Shown here: piece after piece, positions 12,270 through 24,699 of the stretch
How the letters are laid out: every line of letters begins with the position of its first letter
Position numbering within the stretch: position 1 is the first letter of the stretch
NCBI RefSeq assembly: GCF_000143415.4
Contig: NW_003314261.1
Span: 5,792,360 to 5,856,359, forward strand
Source: Selaginella moellendorffii
Lineage: Eukaryota; Plantae; Lycopodiophyta
DNA length: 64,000 nt
Direction of reading: 5' to 3'
Translations under genes and position numbers: made by a program
Notes under the pieces: generated by a model
What the model was told of the DNA's origin: nothing
The model's input: only the letters and a program-made list of their open reading frames with translations
Databases searched by the model: none

Positions 12270-13864
12270 TCACGAAACTTTCATCGTCACCTTCATCCAC
12301 TCGTAGACGAAGTAGCTCAAGGCCGCCGACGGAAGAACCTGGAGAACGCAACACATGAGCAAAAGAGAAATCAAAGAGCTCCCAAACCTGGAGTGTGCTG
12401 GGAAATATTCCAGCGTAGAGAGCTCCAACACCACCCCGATTCACCAGCCCCTGGATCGTTGGCATCAAACCGAGCCTGCTCGCTGCGCTTTGCAACTGGA
12501 GATGCCTCCTCACGACTTCCAGGGGATAGGTCACCGTCTCGGCACAAGCACCAGCGATGGCACCGTAGAGCAGCGTTCTCAAAGGCCCGAGCTCCATCTG
12601 GTCACTCCCTTTGCTGCCACTCATCCTCCTTCGCTGCTCTTCCTGGCCAGCAGGAGACGCAAGATAGTTTGTCTTGAGGATGTCGTAGACACCGTAGAAC
12701 ACCGCACCAGCCGGGGCCATGCTCACGATCGCCGGCACAATCCCAGCGTAGAGGGAAGTGAAGCCTTGGCTGGTGATTATGTGGCGGAAGCAGCCGGAGA
12801 TCCCTCCTAGTGCGTCGCCTCCCTGAGCAACAAGTCTTGTTCGAATCTGGAAGAAAGACCGATCAACTCAATCCAATAAAAAACTAGACTTCGAGCGAGA
12901 AGAACTTACAGTGTCCATTGGGAAGCAGACTATGGTGGCAAAGACCCCGGCAGCGGCCCCAGCCGCCAACTTCTCAAGTGGCGTCACGTCTTTTCTCCCA
13001 GTCACGGTCGTGATTCTCTTGCGAATCGTGTCGTACGCATAGAAGTTGATGGACTTGAAGGGCGCTGTCCGGATGAGGTTGACGAGGTTGCCCTTCCAGA
13101 AGCCTTGGACTCCCTCCGACGCAAGAATCGTCCTCACCACATCCATCGCATCAGACGTGGCTCCACGTACGATGTACTCGAGCTTTAGCCTCTCAAGTGG
13201 CGCCACGAGAGTTCTAGAAGACAACAAAGACCAAGAAAATCGCGAAGTTAGAAAGATTCAAGTAGGAAAAGTATAAGGAAAACTGAGGAGAAAAACCACA
13301 CCTGGAGATACACGCTGACAAGGCTCCGGCCAAGAGATGTTTGGACGTCTTCAAAGACCCGGCCTTCAAAGACTGGGAGTAATCGCTGCTGGAACTTCTC
13401 TTCTCTTGCCGCTGGGTGGTGGTGGCGATGGAGATGGATTCATCCGCGCTGTGCTCCAAGTATTCCAGAGATTTTTCCAGAGATCTTTCCTGCGCTTGAT
13501 GAGCGTTGATCCTCCTGCCAAGCTTGCTGCTACCGTGGATAGCAAACCCCAATGCCGATGACCACGCGCTGGAATTCGCCCTGCTCGAGAGCTGGCGCTT
13601 GCCGGATTCCGCTATGGACACCGATGCCAGGCAGTAGCTGGCGGAGCTGGCGGAGCTGGCGGGCATGGATGGAAGCAGGGACGATAGCGATGACGCGGAG
13701 AATGGCGATGGCAGGAAGCATTGCAGCGGATCGCAATCGCGGCCGGGGAGGAAGCATCGCCACGACGGATCGTCGGCCCCGCTCAGCGTGATGAATGCGA
13801 GCTCGGACGATGCAAAGATCGATGCCGATCGGCTTCTGGCGCAAGAATCTACATCGTAGCCCAT
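12270..13864 (-). CDS. Mitochondrial carrier family protein, BT1-like adenine nucleotide transporter (BTL2/BTL3 type)
   Basis: KHLLAGALSACISR|TLVAPLERLKLEYIVRG, GFWKGNLVNLIRTAPFKSINFYAYD, GAVFYGVYDILK, ELGPLRTLLYGAIAGACAE..TYPLEVVRR, last exon VLPSAALSYFVYEWMKVTMKVS*. Confidence 0.9.
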
Positions 13865-15724
13865 CGAAATATTGCCCGCCCGGCCACTTGGGGTGGATCA
13901 CAGCAGAGATCGAGGGAATGCTGCCGAGACCCAAGGAAGAACCCTAAAGATCATACCCGAGGAGCGCCGCGCGGAGAGAAGAAGGATCTAAATTCTGCCA
14001 AGACCAGCCGCCACAACCGACGCCATCGCGATCGCCTTTCCCCATTCTCTGCCCGCGTGGGTTCCTCGCATATGGAACACATGGGATACTTTAATCGGCC
14101 ATCGCCGGGCCCTCCTCGCCCTAACGGCATATCCCACGCGCGGCATATTCCGCTAGCGCGCAAAAGTGGTATAATTTTCATTAGTGATGGCGGGCCAAGA
14201 ACCCTAGCGCGAGGACGCCGTCGCGACAGCGATGGATGATTTTCGCGTGCCGGGCGCTGGCACGGACAATGCCGCCTCGGATCCAAGCCACTGGCGCTGC
14301 TGATTTGAGGTATGTTGCTCTTGCCACATCTCTTGTCGCGTTGCAAGGCTGCGATGCAGTGATTTCGCTCTCGAATTCCTGGCTGATAGCATGGGGAGGG
14401 GGAAAGAGACCGCTGCCTGGTCAGTCCGTCGTGTGTTTTCTTTCCTCCCTCTTGTTTGACTCTTCCTCTCTTGTGCGTCCTTTTCCTTGCCTGCCAAACT
14501 TCCAGTTGCGAGGCTCTGAGAGACATGATTCCATGGGCAGCGCCAACCAGATACGAATTAATCAATCCCTTCTCTGCCGATGCCGCCGCCACAGCAGGAG
14601 CTGACTTGGGCCACCTCGGCGGGATGTGTCCGCATCCATGGAGGAGAGAAAGGATTAAGAAACGCAGGCATGCCAATCAACCCCCCGGTCTGGCAGCAGC
14701 GACCAAGCGCGAGGAAAAGAAAAATTTATGGCTGCCAACCAAGCAAGCGTCAAACAAGAGGTTTTTTTTTTGCTTTTGTTCTTGGTGTTCTTTTCGAGCT
14801 CTAAGTTTCTTGTTTCTTGTTTCTACTTACTTTCCTTCGTCTTGTCTCTCTGTTCACAGCTTCTCGGATCCAGGAGAGAGAGAGAATGGCGCTTCCTTTT
14901 CTCGGTCTTTTTATATATATAGTCTACGGGCTACGTATGACTCTCCTCCAGCAAATTGGTCCACCCTGTGCTGAAGCCAAAAGGGAAAACAATTGCTATA
15001 GCATATGGCAGGCATGTTGTGGCTCGGCTCCTACAGGGATTTAAATACTCGCAGCCCCAGCTTCTTTATTGGACGGACAAGAGGTGCGTGGTTTGTATGG
15101 CACTAGAGGCAGCGATGTGGTTCCTTTTTGTTGTTTTACGAAGAGGTCTCAGTCTCTCTTGCTTTTCTTTTGCAGGAGAGGGGACGGGCGGAGCCTTCTT
15201 TCCGCATAGATACGCGCAACTTTCAATAACTTGGTGAGTGCTACAGCTCTGTTCTTGACCAGGAAGAAGCTAAGTTAGCTCCTGCTTCTTGCATAGCCTT
15301 TAAGCATTTTTTTTTTCTCCATTCCATTATCCGTGTGGACTGCAACAGTCTTTTGGTTTGCTTGCGAGGTACCAGGGGCAGGGAGCTATATATTGTGCTC
15401 TAGGCGCGGATATGATAATGGCCTAGTCCAGCGTATTGTGCGAGTTTCGGCTGGTGCCGCTCAATGGGCATGCCTTCCAATCCTGGTACACACTGTGGGT
15501 CTTGGGCAACTCTTCATGTGCTCGGGGATTAAACAAGCGCTTAACAAACGCCGAAAAGTTGACAATGACGAGGAAGGAACAACGACTGGTAATCTTGCGG
15601 TACTAGCGCCATCTGCGACCGGGAATTCATATCTGAGGAGCTGGGAACTAGCTGTTACCGCAACAGTTTCTCCCTCTTTATAAGGCAGCCCGTGCTGTCT
15701 TCTCCACTTTGCTCGGGTCGGGTT

Positions 15725-17429
15725 ATGGAAGAAGCAGCAGCAGCAGCAGCAGCAGCAGGAGCAGCTCAAAGGCAATCCTCTCTCAAAGCTCGTCGATCAG
15801 TGAAGCCCAGGAACAGTAGCAGCAGCAGGAAAAGCGGAAGAAGGAACGTCCCGCTAAGTACCTGTGATTTGGCAATCCCGAATGTGTACGCCATGGCAAT
15901 CTACGCATTCAAGGCACCCACCAGGCCTGGTGTGGTTGAGGAGCTGGAAAGGGGTCTGGCAGAGGCTTTGGACGAGTATCCGGAATGGGCAGGCAGGCTG
16001 TGCAAGGACTCTTCGTCCTCATCTTCATCATCATCGTCTTCTTGCTCCTCTGGTTTGAGCGGCAGCGTCGGCTCTAGCAAGGTGGTTATTGATCTCAATG
16101 ATGACGGGGTTGCACTAATGGAAGCAAGCATGGACTGCTGTCTCCAGGATTTGATGCCTTTTAACCCATGTCCCCTGCTTTTCCAGCTGGTTCCAGCTAC
16201 GAAATCTGTTGAAGAACTGCTCCTTGTCCAGGTACTAGCATAGATTCTCTGTCTGCTGTTTTAGCTTACCGCTTCTAGACTAATGCTTCTTGCTTGCTGC
16301 TCAATGCTTGCTTGCTTGCTTGCTTTCTTGCTTGCTTGATTGATTGATTGAGGAAAAGAATGCATCAGACCTGCATTTGATCTTTTGTTTTCTCTCATCG
16401 AAGTTGCAAAGTTTTTCTTTTTCTTTTCTCTGGCTGTTGGTTATCTCTGACGCTTGTGTTTCCTCTGTTTTCTTTTTTTGTTTCCAGGTGACCAGCTTCA
16501 AATGTGGTGGCATAGTTCTCGGCGTTGCCTGGCACCACCGTCTCGCAGATGGACAGGCTTTCTTCAGCTTCATGGACAACTGGTCTCGGCTCACCCGAGG
16601 CGCTCCACTGGCTTGCAGCCCGTTTCGCGATAGAAGTGCATTAAATGCCGGGGAAACTGCTCAGCCGCTCCAGGATGACTACTTGCTGCTGTCGCCTCCT
16701 CAGGCTCCAGCGCCGGCTCCGGACCCAGGTGCTGCCAAAACTCCTCCTCTCGCGGCGAGGAAGTTCCACTTTAGCATGGATTTGCTCCAGAGGATCAAGA
16801 GAAGAGCCGGGGGAGACAGCTCTACGGACGAGCCGGCCTCCTCCACCACCAGAGGCGTGACAACTTTCGAGAGCCTGACGGCTCACTTGTGGCGGTGCAT
16901 CACCAAAGCCCGCGGCATCACCGGCGACACCAAGACGCAGATAATGATCCCCATGAACGGGAGGAGCCGGCTGGAGCCGGCCATCCCCGAGAGCTACTTC
17001 GGCAACGCGACTTTCATGCCGTCGTCCGGGACCGAGGCCGGGGAGCTGACGAGCCGGCCACTGTGCTACGCAGCGCAGCTCGTCCACGGTGCCATCATCA
17101 AGGCCGACAGTAGCTACTTGCGCAGCGCGCTGGAACTTATGGAGCTCCAGAACAGGATGATGAAAGACGAGGAGGTGGCGGAGGTGGTGGTGCCTCCCAG
17201 CATGTCTCCTCACGTCGTGGTGACGAGCTGGGTGAGGTTCCCGCTCTACGACGTGGATTTCGGCTGGGGGACGCCTCTCTACGTCGGCAACGTACTGGAT
17301 CTGTACGAGGGGATCATGATCTTACTGCCATCGCACACGCAGGACGGGAGCATCGATGCGGTGGTGGCTCTTTTCGAGCCGGAGATCGAGACGCTCCAGG
17401 AATTGTGCTATCGTGATGATCTTCTCTAG
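15725..17429 (+). CDS. BAHD acyltransferase, agmatine coumaroyltransferase-like; exons 15725-16231 and 16488-17429
   Basis: HxxxD (HHRLADG) and DFGWG motifs, EWAGRL motif, conserved intron after LLLVQ. Confidence 0.9.
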
Positions 17430-17564
17430 CGGCATTCTCGGCGGAGCGAGGGAAGGACGAAGAGCTCCAGCCCAACGAAGAATCGTGCCACCAGCAATCG
17501 AAGAAAGAAGAAGGATCAAAAACGCTTTGGCTTTGTATACTAAACTTTTGTTCTTTCGAATGAA

Positions 17565-17850
17565 GCAGGGCCGTCGATGCAGTGCCATCGGGACCGCACG
17601 TTTCTAAGTTTGTTTTGAATCCAGCATATTCGTACGCATCTCTTCGCGGGGCCGTCGATGCAGTGTCATCGGGACCGAATATAGTTTAAAAATTCTCTAA
17701 ATCTAAAAATGTTTAAAGTTTTTATATTCGGGATATTCGTCCGCATCTTGAATGTTTATCAGGACCGTCCGTTTCTAAAGCTTTTTTTAAAATTTAGGAT
17801 ATTCGTTCGCATGCTCGCGGAGCCGTCGATGTTGCTGCATCGTGGCCGTG
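17565..17850. repeat. Degenerate short tandem array between the BAHD and GUX genes
   Basis: gggccgtcgatgcagtg(c/t)catcgggaccg at about 17568 and 17648, with a variant at about 17820; atattcgtNcgcat at about 17627, 17733 and 17799. Confidence 0.7.
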
Positions 17851-18079
17851 CATTTGAAAATTTTGGGCTAGGGCTTTTGGTGCTCTGTTTCTAGGGTTCT
17901 TGCGTGACAGCACGATCGTGGTCGTGGCAGGATGGAATAGTTTTGGCGGGCCATGGAATTCTAGGGATACATTATCCTTTTCCGTAAGCTGGTACGATGG
18001 CCGGAGCGTGCCCGCACGTCGGCGCGCAACAAAAGCTTGGCGATTCTCGTCGGGTTTTGTTCTTTTGGTGGCGGCAACG

Positions 18080-20063
18080 ATGAACGAAGCTCGGCATCGC
18101 CAGAGCGGGTACGTGGTTGGATTGAGCGAGATTTTGTTCTTGAGAGTATTCTTGATAGCTTATAGCCTTGATCCAGGGACGAACTTCATGAATTTCTCTC
18201 GGGTTCGAGAGACGAGAAGAGGCACCAAAGAAAAAAGGTGGGATGCCACGAGAAGATTGGACCGAAGGCGCAGCTACTTTCGAGCGCATTCTTGTTTGCG
18301 TTCCTCGTTTTGCTGTTTCTAGGTACGTTCTTCAACAGAAAGATCGTTCTGGACACTCCATTGCCGAGGTACTTTACAAACTCAAACTGAAATGATGAAA
18401 GATTGATTGATCCACAGGCACGGGTCGCACAAGAAGCTCATCTCGTCGGAAGATGAGCAGCGCACGAAGCTTGTGCCGAGCAGCGACAAACAAGTGCTCA
18501 AATTCCTCCAAGGGTCTCCGGAGATTGATTCGATCAAGTTGCAGAACAACGGGTTCTTGAGGATCGGGCTGGTGAATTTTCCAAAGCCGGATGTTGCAAA
18601 GTGGAAGGCTCTTGGCGGAGGCCGAAAGCCGGTACTTTTTAGCATCGACAAAAAGAGAGATTTTTCCTGGTCGGCTTTTTTCCCCGAGGCCATCGACAGA
18701 GACGAAGAAGTCCAGAACAGAGAGTGCCCGGACATGCCACTGCCATCGGTTCCAGAAGATCTCAAGCTCGACTTTGTTGTGGCGAGAATACCGTGTGGCG
18801 AATCCAACTTCAGAGACATCGACCGCTTGCAGGCTGCGGTTTCTGCTGCTCATATTTCTCTCAAAACTGGCGCCTCGCACATCATTGGAGTAAGCGATTG
18901 TATGCTTGATCCAAACGTTTTTAAGTGCAAGGAGCTTGTCCGGCAAGAGAAAGGTGTTGGGCTTTACAAACTCGATCTGGAAAGGATTGGAAAGCTACTG
19001 AGCTTACCAGTTGGCTCTTGCAAGACTGTTCAAGTTCCAACGCTGACAAGTAAGCAAGCTTTATTTGTCACTCTTAATTTTGTGATTCTGATTCTCTCGT
19101 CTTTGTTTGTAACTCAGGTGAGCATACTGTTTCTCGAGAAGCTTATGCGACCATCCTCCATTCCGTCAAGTCTTACGTGTGTGGAGCGGTGCTTCTCGCT
19201 CACAGCATCCGAAAGACCGGCTCGACTCGAGATTTAATTATGGTTATAGACCAACACATAAATCTCGAAGACAGGCAGGGGTTAGAAGGTGCTGGCTGGA
19301 AAATCCATCACATTGAAAGGATCAGGAACCCGAGAGCTCGTCCAGACGCTTACAACGAGTGGAACTACAGCAAGTTCCGGCTATGGCAGCTGACGCAGTA
19401 TGACAAAGTGGTGTTCATAGACGCGGACGTGGTGGTGACGAGAAACATGGACTTCCTCTTCGACTTACCGGAGCTGTCCGCGGCCCGCAACCACAAGAGC
19501 GTTTTCAACTCCGGAGTGATGGTGATAGAGCCGTCCAACTGCACTTTCAACTTGTTGGTGGATGGGATCTCTCGGATCAAGTCGTACAACGGCGGGGACC
19601 AAGGCTACCTGAACGAGATCTTTACGTGGTGGCACAGGCTTCCCAGGAGCATGAACTTTCTCAAGCACTTTGACGACGATGCCGAAGAGAACGAGTACAA
19701 GATGGAGCTCTTTGCCGCCGAACCTCCGGTGCTGTACGCTGTGCATTTCCTGGGAAGAAAGCCGTGGCTCTGCGGGAGGGGCCCCGACTGTAACGCGAAG
19801 ATCTCGTCACAGAGGATGTTTTCCAACGATTTCGTGCACTCCAAGTGGTGGAGCTGGCATGATGAAATGCCGGTGGAGCTACAGCGGCTGTGCCGGATCA
19901 ATCCAAAGAGAAGATTGTCACCACCGGCTGTCCATCAGGTTTGTTCTATATTTCTTTCATTTTGTAAACCTGAGAGCTCTGTTCGCAGGCACAAGCATCC
20001 AGCGAAAAGAGAAGATCAAGTTTTTCGAGATTTAAAAGGAAAACACACCCGGTTACACAGTGA
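18080..20063 (+). CDS. Glycosyltransferase family 8, xylan glucuronosyltransferase GUX/PGSIP-like, paralog A (divergent C-terminus)
   Basis: Exon 1 MNEARHRQSG, TM helix in exon 2, LPVGSC, REAYATILHS..YVCGA, AYNEWNYSKFRLWQLTQYDKVVFIDAD, FNSGVMVIEPS, SYNGGDQGYLNEIFTWWHR. Confidence 0.9.
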
Positions 20064-20207
20064 AGGTTCTTCCCCTTTAAATCCTTTTTCCCTCTCTCGC
20101 TCCAATTCAATTTTCGGAGCTCTAGAACAGTAGGATCATCACCAAGAGGGGTAAAACGTCCCTCTCTTTTTTGACTCTATATATTCTTTCTTTTTCCCCG
20201 ATTTCCC

Positions 20208-20693
20208 CGAGAAAGAGCTTCGTTGCTACTTCCTCGAGACGCTCATGGAGAACGCGAGAAGTGGGAACATTGAGGAGTTCATGTCCGAGATGGATGTTGT
20301 TGAATTTGAAACCGTGGCCTCTTCCATGACCTCGTTGCTGCGCTCATGCAAATGAAGTCGAAGGCTACTCTCCTGTTTCTTCCTCTCTACTAGAGATAGT
20401 GAGATGGCTACTTAGCTTTTCTGAGGAAGGAAATCGCATCGGGTGACATGCCTTTGCAAGAGACTTTCGTTGCCGTCACGGGACTGCTTGGACGTGCTGG
20501 ACTTCGTGATCCAGCGTAGAAAATTCTCGGAGCTATTGAAAGTGCAAACCTGGATACTTGGGGTACGTATCTCATTCTTGCGGACTTTGTAGAGAAGTAG
20601 ATACATTTGCTTTCATTCTTCGCTATCTCTTTCGTTGTTGACTGGTGCTGGATGCTGCGCAGAGGAGATTTTCAATGCTGGATACTTGAACGA
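20208..20693 (+). pseudogene. Decayed fragment copied from pTAC3 (donor about 46390-46910), introns retained
   Basis: gagaaagagcttcgttgctacttcctcgagacgctcatggagaacgcgag...ggatacttgaacga aligns to the donor with indels. Confidence 0.9.
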
Positions 20694-20696
20694 TGG

Positions 20697-20965
20697 CAGT
20701 AGGACCACGCTGACGCATTCATCGAGTTAGATCCACGATGACAGAGTCAGTAGAGGGATTACACTTGCCAAGACTAAGTCCCCGAAGCACGCTGCTCAAC
20801 GCTGCCGCCAAGCAAACGATTAGATGAAAGGAAAACCGAAATTTCGAGAACATGATTTTACGCCTTTATCCTGCGCTCTATAAGAATATTCCACATTTTA
20901 AATTTGAAACTTTTTTTGGCGCATTGTTCCATTACAGGGCGATCTTTCTTTGATTCGCGATTTCC
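20697..20965 (-). other. Inverted, heavily deleted copy of the upstream/5' region of GUX paralog B (donor about 25757-26422)
   Basis: Blocks such as ttgccaagactaagtcccc, aaaccgaaatttcgagaacatgat and gatctttctttgattcg are reverse complements of 26288-, 26143- and 25764-. Confidence 0.85.
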
Positions 20966-22341
20966 AGCTAATGCTTACAGCGCCAGAGAAAACTCCGGGA
21001 AAAAAATCGGGACGATGGCCATGGATGGCGATTGCTTGTACGCGGATGCCTAGCTCTGACTCGACGGCGAAACTTCTACCCCGGGCAGTCGAGTGCAGCT
21101 TGCAACTTCGAGCGGAGAAGAGGATTGAGAACCGAAGTCAAAAAAGGGGGTATTTCCCAGTTCCTGCGACAAAAGCTTTAGAATCTCTCCTAGAACAGAT
21201 CAAATGTTGCGAGCTCACCACTGATGTAGCTCGTCAAGAGGCTTTAGCCTTAAAATAAAAGTAAACAAGCTAGATGGAAGCTAATCTTTCAAATTCTTGC
21301 CTCCTCAAAAACGCTTTCCTCGCGCCATCTGGTGACCAATATAACACTTTGTCGCCCATCTGCAGCATGCCCTCAATGAAAGCTCATGAAGATCGATTGC
21401 TCAAGTTGTTGGCCCCGGGGAGATCATGCCACTACAAACATCCGATTAGCAAGCAGCAGCTAACAAATGACAAGACATACTTCGTCATTGATGTAGAGAT
21501 CCCCAACTAGAAATAATTTTTTGAAGTACTACTTGCTTGATAAACCATGCTAGTATTTGAGTTTATGCAAGCCACTGTTCAACTGTGCCATTAACATTTC
21601 CTCTTTCAAAGGATGCAAACTTCTTTCCTTATAGGATTCTTTAAACATAAAGCGTTGGCAAAACATAGAACATAACTATTATATACCAATACCTTTGTAC
21701 AAGTTGTAGTTGATTTGGTTGCTTTGAATGTTTGCTATAGCATGTATGTTGAGCATAGTGTATGTAAACTTCGTACCACCAAAAACAAGGAGGTACATCC
21801 AATTGTAGTATCTAGAGGAGATGTTCTTTCGTATGTCTACTTGGGCATAGTTGAAGTTCTGAAGACGAAACTCACACCTTACTTGCATTCTGCAATAAAT
21901 GCACAGAACAGCTTATTCCTCACACTGAGTGAAGAGTCTTTGCACTTTAGTGTTCTGAACTTGATATCAGTCCTAATTGCTTCCATGTTGTCAATCACAT
22001 TCACCTCGTGGTCCACAGTGAACCCCTGCGAGAAGAGGTGTCCTGCCAGAAAAATTAGGACACAACTACAATGAGAAAACTTAGTTTAATACACTAACTA
22101 AGTTGCCGTCATTGGACTCTGGTTGAGTCTCCCTAGACGGGCTCCAAGATTGACTGCCACCACCACCCGAGGATGGCCCCTCTTCCATCTCATTTCATGC
22201 AGTACCCTGCATTACAAAATGAGGAAATTACAAATCAATCAAACTGTGGCAAGAACTACTTACCTCGTTGCATTCTAAAAACCTTCCAAGTCGGTGGCCT
22301 AATTCTCCTCTTGCAAGCGCTTCAAAGCAAGCAAACTCTTT

Positions 22342-23128
22342 GAGAGATGGACTCTAAGAGCCTCAGGGTGTGGGAGCTGTGCCAAGAGCTTCATTGGTGA
22401 CATCTTGTCATGACAGGGTCTATCGTACGCTTCTTTTTTAATCTCTTGACATGCATGTTCGATCTCTGTTTAAAGTGGGTCTACAAACACGCCAACTTTG
22501 CTGGGTGTAGAACAGGTAAGCTACACCTGGGATGTCTAATTATAGATTTCATGGAATTTGAGTCTTTTTTCCTTTGTAATAGTCACCATGCTTGGTAATG
22601 CGATCAGTGAGTTGCAGCGAGGCAGTTATAAGCGCAAGACCAAGAGCAGCAAACTGGGAAATGAGGGGATTAACATGATCAGGAAGAGCAGCAAAGTCGC
22701 AAAAATGGGCGAGAGCAGCAAACCGGGGATCAGGGCAATCAGGAGGAGCAGCAAGGTTGCAAGAACGGGCGAGAGTGGCAAATTGAGGATTAGCGTGATT
22801 AGGAGGAGTGGCAAGGTCATAAGAACAGGCGAAAGTGGCAAATCATTGTTCTTGTGACTTTGCCATTCCTCCCAATCGTGCTAATCCCCTCATTTCCTGG
22901 TTTGCTGCTCTTGGTCTTGCGCTTACAACTGTCTTGCTATAGCTCATTAATTTCATTTGTCGATCCTGGTGACCTATTACAAGGGAAAAAAGCTGATCAC
23001 AACTCAAACGTTATAAAATTTGTAACTGGACATTACTAATTCAGTCTTGCACCCCATTGTAACAAAATGCCACCAACAAAGCTCTTGGCATAACTCCCAC
23101 ACCCTAAAGCTTTTAGAGTCCATCTCTC
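22342..23128. repeat. Nested foldback: outer arms about 22342-22419 and 23051-23128; inner arms about 22600-22702 and 22852-22957; loop built from three 60-bp tandem units
   Basis: aagcgcaagaccaagagcagcaaac pairs with gtttgctgctcttggtcttgcgctt; gagagatggactctaa pairs with ttagagtccatctctc; at(c/t)aggaRgag recurs at 22678, 22738 and 22798. Confidence 0.85.
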
Positions 23129-23171
23129 TCGAAGCTCTAGGGTTTAGTAGAGAAAACCTAAAAGGAAACTT

Positions 23172-23893
23172 GCCATTGGATCATTTTGTCCCCTTTTATT
23201 GCCATGTAAACGGACGGCACGTCTGCATGAGCGGTTCTTCCCAAGGGGTTTTGAGGCGCTGGTGTGACGCCGGCGACGATTCCACTGCGAAGGTAAGAAG
23301 GATTTAGATGCATTGTGTAGCTGGAGGCCGGATTGGAAAATGTGAGCCTGATTTTGGTGTTGTTCCTGTTCTAGAGAGCTATGGTGGCCTCCGCTCTCTC
23401 GTCTACAGCTATTGGCTGCGCCTCCCAGAGCCGTGGCGTTGTGCATCGCTGGGGTTGTCGAGGTCCCTTTCTCTCCCATCTCGGTGCCGTACTATCCGGG
23501 AGAAGACCGGCCAGTGGACGTGGTCGAGAGGGGCTTTGCCAGCGCCCAACACCAAGCTCTACGTCGGCAACATTGCATGGAACGTCGATAGCAAGATGCT
23601 GGCAGACTGCTTCAATGGCGTGGGCATCACAGAACTGGAACAAGTCAACTCTTTTCTCTGTTCCTTGCTAAGATCTTTCTTTTTGTGGTGCTTTGTAGGT
23701 GATCTCTTGGAAAGAGACGCGGTTTTGCCTTCGTGACTCTCTCCGCAGAGGAGGCTGCGAAGACTGCCATCGAGAAATTCAATGGTTATGTAAGCGCTTA
23801 TCATTGCATCACAGTTAGAGCAACTGAGGCTTTGTGATCCTTCTTCCAGGAACTGAACTACCCGCAACGTCCCCGAGGAGGAGACCGAGCAAC
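23172..23893 (+). pseudogene. Decayed copy of the chloroplast RNP gene with its upstream region (donor about 9559-10700)
   Basis: MHCVAGGRIGKCEPDFGVVPVLE and PAPNTKLYVGNIAWNVDSKMLADCFNGVGITELE are shared; introns are retained; there are many deletions and frameshifts. Confidence 0.92.
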
Positions 23894-23896
23894 CCT

Positions 23897-24309
23897 CATT
23901 CCTACCGTGCCTTCCAGCGGCTTCCGTTGGTGGCGGCATTCCTTCCACTGGAACTCCTTGCTCGGGATGGTTTCCTGCAGCTTGGGCTTGCTTGTCTTGC
24001 TCGTTTCCTTCCTGGGCTTTGCTCGGTTGCTCCATCTTTCGCTCCTAGATCTTCTCTTTGTCTCGTTCGCAGCTTCTGGGCTTGCTCACGTCAACTCGGC
24101 CGTGTTCGGGGTTCTTGCCGGCCACACTTTACCACGCTTTTCACTGCGCTGGAGACCAGGAGGTCGGATCCTTACAGCCAGCTCCTCCGCCAAGGCTCCG
24201 CCGCCATGCTCATCCAAACTTCTTGTCCGTAACCATCTCAACGCAGCGCTCGTCAAGCCGCCAAAGTTTGCCAACGTCAATAATCTGAGGATATGGCGTT
24301 CTGCACATT
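23897..24309 (+). pseudogene. Decayed copy of the 3' part of the PDF1-like gene (donor about 3198-3820)
   Basis: TALETRRSDPYSQLLRQG is shared, as is the intron sequence gcttgggcttgcttgtcttgctcgtttccttc. Confidence 0.92.
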
Positions 24310-24699
24310 CCAGAATTTTGTTTGTCTTGATTCGACCACCAATTCATTTGCTAATTGTCTGTCCCCTGATTCAATGTTTTAGTGGGATGATCTTCCTACT
24401 GCCGCGAACATGACCCATCCGACTTCACGCAGGGCATGTTGCGGATCGTCGTGGGTGACAAAGTGCTGTCTTGGTCACCTGATGATGCAAGAAGGAAGCA
24501 TTTCGAGGAGGCAGGAATTTCGAAGATTGACTCGTGATGCATACTCCGGCTGATTCATTGCAGCGTCTAAGGTGCAAACTTTCCGTTTCTGCATTGATGC
24601 TTTTCCTTTTTTCAGGCAAATGTCTGGTGTGTGAGGAGATCAAAGGCTGTTCCCAAGTGAGTGGTATGTGGCGAGAGGAGTTTATTGGTCTGGAAACTC

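Noticed and set aside
17565-22860. Spaced repeats as a CRISPR-like array
   Set aside because: Eukaryotic context, degenerate units, no unique regular spacers and no cas genes.
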